Assembly (NCBI GenBank): GCA_046483385.1
Contig: JAWODG010000026.1
Coordinates: 26,816 to 90,815, forward strand
DNA: 64,000 bases
Origin: Candidatus Brocadiia bacterium
GTDB taxonomy: Bacteria > Planctomycetota > Brocadiia > SM23-32
Direction of reading: 5' to 3'
Shown: piece after piece, positions 61,850-64,000 of the stretch
Layout of the letters: each line of letters begins with the position of its first letter
Numbering within the stretch: the stretch's first letter is position 1
Program-made: the position numbers and the translations under genes
The notes under the pieces: generated by a model
The model's database searches: none
Seen by the model: only the letters and a program-made list of their open reading frames with translations
What the model was told of the DNA's origin: nothing

Positions 61850-63061
61850 ATGGCAAACGCCCCCGTCCGAGTTGCCCACATCATCACCCGGATGATTCTG
61901 GGCGGCGCCCAGGAAAGCACCCTCGCCATCTGTGACGGCCTGCGCCGCCGCTCAGGGTGGGACCCGGTGCTTATCACCGGCCCCCCGCTCGGCCCGGAGG
62001 GAGAACTGCTCAGCGAAGCCACTCGCCGGAACGTCCCCCTCATCCTCGTGCCCGAGATGCGGCGCGAAGTGCATCCGTGGCGGGACACCGTCGCGTTCCT
62101 CAAGCTGGTCCGCATCCTGCGCCGAGCCCGACCGACGATCGTCCACACCCACAGTTCCAAGGCCGGCGTGCTCGGCCGTCTGGCGGCTCACGCCGCTCGC
62201 GTCCCGCTCATCCTTCACATGATCCGCGGCCTCCCCTTCCACCCGTACGCCTCGCCGACGGCCAACGCGGTGTTCTTCACCGCCGAGCGCATCGCCGCCC
62301 GGGTGACGGACCACTTCACCGCCGTCGGCAGCGTCATGGCCGACAAGGCCGCCGAGGCCGGACTCGGCGACCCCGACGACTTCACGGTCATACGCAGCGG
62401 CATCGACCTGAGCGCTTACGAGAATGTCCGTCGCCACCGCGAGGAGGCCCGGCGCCGTTTCGGCTTCGCTCCCGACGACGTGGTCATCGGCAAGGTCGCC
62501 CGGCTGTTCGAGCTGAAGGGCCACCGCTTTCTCATCCGCGCCGCCCCGCGGATCGTGGACCGCTGCCCCACCGCGCGCTTCCTGTTCCTCGGCGAGGGCA
62601 TACTTCGGGAGGAACTCGAGGCGCTGGCCGACCGCCTCGGCGTGCGGGACCGCATCACTTTCGCCGGTCTCGTGCCGCCTAACGAGATACCGGCGCTCGT
62701 CGGCGGCATGGACGTGCTCGTCCACACCTCGCTGCGGGAAGGGCTGGCGCGCGTTCTGGTGCAGGCACTCCTCTGCGAAACGCCGGTCGTCACGTACGAC
62801 CTGGACGGCGCACCGGAGGTCATCATCGACGGCGTCACGGGCCGACTCGTGCCCGGCGAATCCGTCGATGAACTGGCGGACGCGGTCATCTGGACGATTC
62901 AGCATCCGGAGCAGGCACGGGCGATGGCCCGCGAGGGACGCCGCCGCTTCGCGCGCGAGTTCAGCGTCCAGAACACCATCGAAACAACCCAGGCGCTCTA
63001 CCGGGGACTGCTGCGGCGGCACGGACTGCCCGTTCCCCTCACCAGCCTTCCTCCCCGATGA
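61850..63061 (+). CDS. GT-B fold glycosyltransferase (GT4-like)
   Basis: N-terminal RVAHIITRMILGGAQ and THSSKAG. The C-terminus carries the E-x7-E motif in TSLREGLARVLVQALLCETPVV. Confidence 0.8.
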   Translation: MANAPVRVAHIITRMILGGAQESTLAICDGLRRRSGWDPVLITGPPLGPEGELLSEATRRNVPLILVPEMRREVHPWRDTVAFLKLVRILRRARPTIVHTHSSKAGVLGRLAAHAARVPLILHMIRGLPFHPYASPTANAVFFTAERIAARVTDHFTAVGSVMADKAAEAGLGDPDDFTVIRSGIDLSAYENVRRHREEARRRFGFAPDDVVIGKVARLFELKGHRFLIRAAPRIVDRCPTARFLFLGEGILREELEALADRLGVRDRITFAGLVPPNEIPALVGGMDVLVHTSLREGLARVLVQALLCETPVVTYDLDGAPEVIIDGVTGRLVPGESVDELADAVIWTIQHPEQARAMAREGRRRFAREFSVQNTIETTQALYRGLLRRHGLPVPLTSLPPR

Positions 63062-63692
63062 GCTGCACGAACACGCAATCACCAAGCGCCCGCTCCCTGA
63101 TTTCGCCGCTCCGATCGCGCCAGTAGGCGGTCAGGACCTGGTGATGCCGGCTGCCCACGGGCGCGATGAGGCGCCCATCGGAACCCAGCTGCTCCAGCAA
63201 CGTCTCCGGGCGGTGCGGCGCCCCCGCTGTCACGAGGATGCGGTCGAACGGCGCCTCCCCGGGCCACCCCAGCGACCCGTCCCCCACCCTGTAGAACACA
63301 TTGCCATAGCCCAACCAACCCAGTGTCCGCTGCGCCCTCTCGCTCAGTTCCGGCACCCGCTCGACAGTGAACACCTCGTCCGCCAGTTCGGCCAGAACCG
63401 CGGTCTGATACCCGGACCCCGTTCCCACCTCCAGTACCCTCTCCCGCCCCGCCAGGTGGAGCTTCTCGGTCATCAGCGCCACGATGAAGGGCTGGGAAAT
63501 GGTCTGCCCGTGCCCGATGGGCATGGCCCGGTCGGAGTAAGCCCGCGAACGGTCGCCGGGGCGCACGAACTCCTCCCTTGGCACCCGGCGCATAGCGTCC
63601 AGAACACCCTCGTCGCGTATCCCGCGCCCGGCGATCTGGCGTTCCACCATGCGCTCGCGTGCACCTTCATGATCTGTGCGCGCCGGGGTCAT
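63039..63692 (-). CDS. pcm: protein-L-isoaspartate O-methyltransferase
   Basis: Contains MVERQIAGRGIRDEGVLDAMRRVPREEFV, GHGQTISQPFIVALM and VLEVGTGSGYQTAVLA. The 3' end overlaps the GT gene by 23 nt (convergent). Confidence 0.9.
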   Translation of the reverse strand: MTPARTDHEGARERMVERQIAGRGIRDEGVLDAMRRVPREEFVRPGDRSRAYSDRAMPIGHGQTISQPFIVALMTEKLHLAGRERVLEVGTGSGYQTAVLAELADEVFTVERVPELSERAQRTLGWLGYGNVFYRVGDGSLGWPGEAPFDRILVTAGAPHRPETLLEQLGSDGRLIAPVGSRHHQVLTAYWRDRSGEIRERALGDCVFVQLIGEEGW

Positions 63693-63788
63693 TCCGCCGC
63701 CCCCGAAATGCCGTTTTCTGTTTCGCAGCCGGTTCCCATGTTGTAAGATAAAGACCTTGCCAGAACTCCGAAATACGCAGAGGACGAA

Positions 63789-64000
63789 ATGAGCGCCAAA
63801 CTCGAAACGAGAACCTTCGTCTTCAGCACGGAAGCCGAGATGGACGTCGTCGACGTCACCAAGGACGTCGCGGACATCCTCAGCGAGGTCGAAGTCTCGG
63901 ACGGCACGGTCACCGTCTTCGTGCCCGGCTCCACCGGCGCCGTCTCCACCATGGAGTACGAACCGGGGCTGGTCAAGGACATGAAGGAGCTGTTCGAGAA
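63789..64000 (+). CDS. YjbQ/UPF0047-family protein, N-terminal part (runs off right edge)
   Basis: The ATG at 63789 gives MSAKLETRTFVFSTEAEMDVVDVTKDVADILSEVEVSDGTVTVFVPGSTGAVSTMEYEPGLVKDMKELFE, open to the window end. Confidence 0.7.
   Translation, partial: MSAKLETRTFVFSTEAEMDVVDVTKDVADILSEVEVSDGTVTVFVPGSTGAVSTMEYEPGLVKDMKELFE

Overview
GC-rich bacterial chromosomal window that is almost entirely coding and housekeeping. I found no tRNA or rRNA genes, no CRISPR array, no transposase or integrase, and no recognisable defence, toxin or secretion system, so I read this as an ordinary core region, not an accessory island.

Gene content, left to right:
- serS (partial), pfk, and a minus-strand operon of secreted TPR-like protein, maf, Cys-phosphatase, YprA/MrfA-type DUF1998 helicase, unknown protein and Zn-ADH.
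- A large putative lipoprotein.
- infC(AUU)-rpmI-rplT-pheS-pheT-tyrA-purSL.
- nusA-infB-DUF503-rbfA-EndoIII-like-hisG.
- A minus-strand group of flavodoxin-like protein, GHMP kinase, RodA/FtsW and orphan E2.
- Zn-ribbon protein and trxA.
- The complete S10-spc-alpha ribosomal cluster on the minus strand (rpsJ to rplQ, about 30.7-48.2 kb).
- nadE, trpBA, a Zn-ribbon/WD40 Ser/Thr kinase and a ferritin-like protein.
- rpmF-plsX-fabH-fabD-fabG-acpP-fabF, a GT4 glycosyltransferase, pcm and yjbQ (partial).

Many ORFs in the supplied track are N-terminally over-extended, because the track takes the longest ATG/GTG/TTG ORF. I re-set starts from conserved N-termini plus Shine-Dalgarno sites. The many long antisense ORFs are GC-composition artefacts.

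Most unusual observations, all modest in interest:
- A SAM-methyltransferase gene sits inside the alpha operon between rpsM and rpsK.
- A 394-nt hairpin-rich non-coding spacer separates rpsJ from rplC.
- uL24 has a Cys4 zinc-ribbon-like C-terminus.
- S5, L17, L15 and NusA carry long acidic tails, and rpmD (L30) is absent from its usual slot.
- The MrfA-like helicase is paired with an unknown protein instead of an MrfB-type exonuclease.
- NusA contains a near-perfect 93-bp in-frame tandem duplication.
- PurL carries a PurS-PurS-PurL fusion.

The lineage guess (PVC/Planctomycetota-like) is inference only. All family assignments come from motifs read by eye. No database search was possible.
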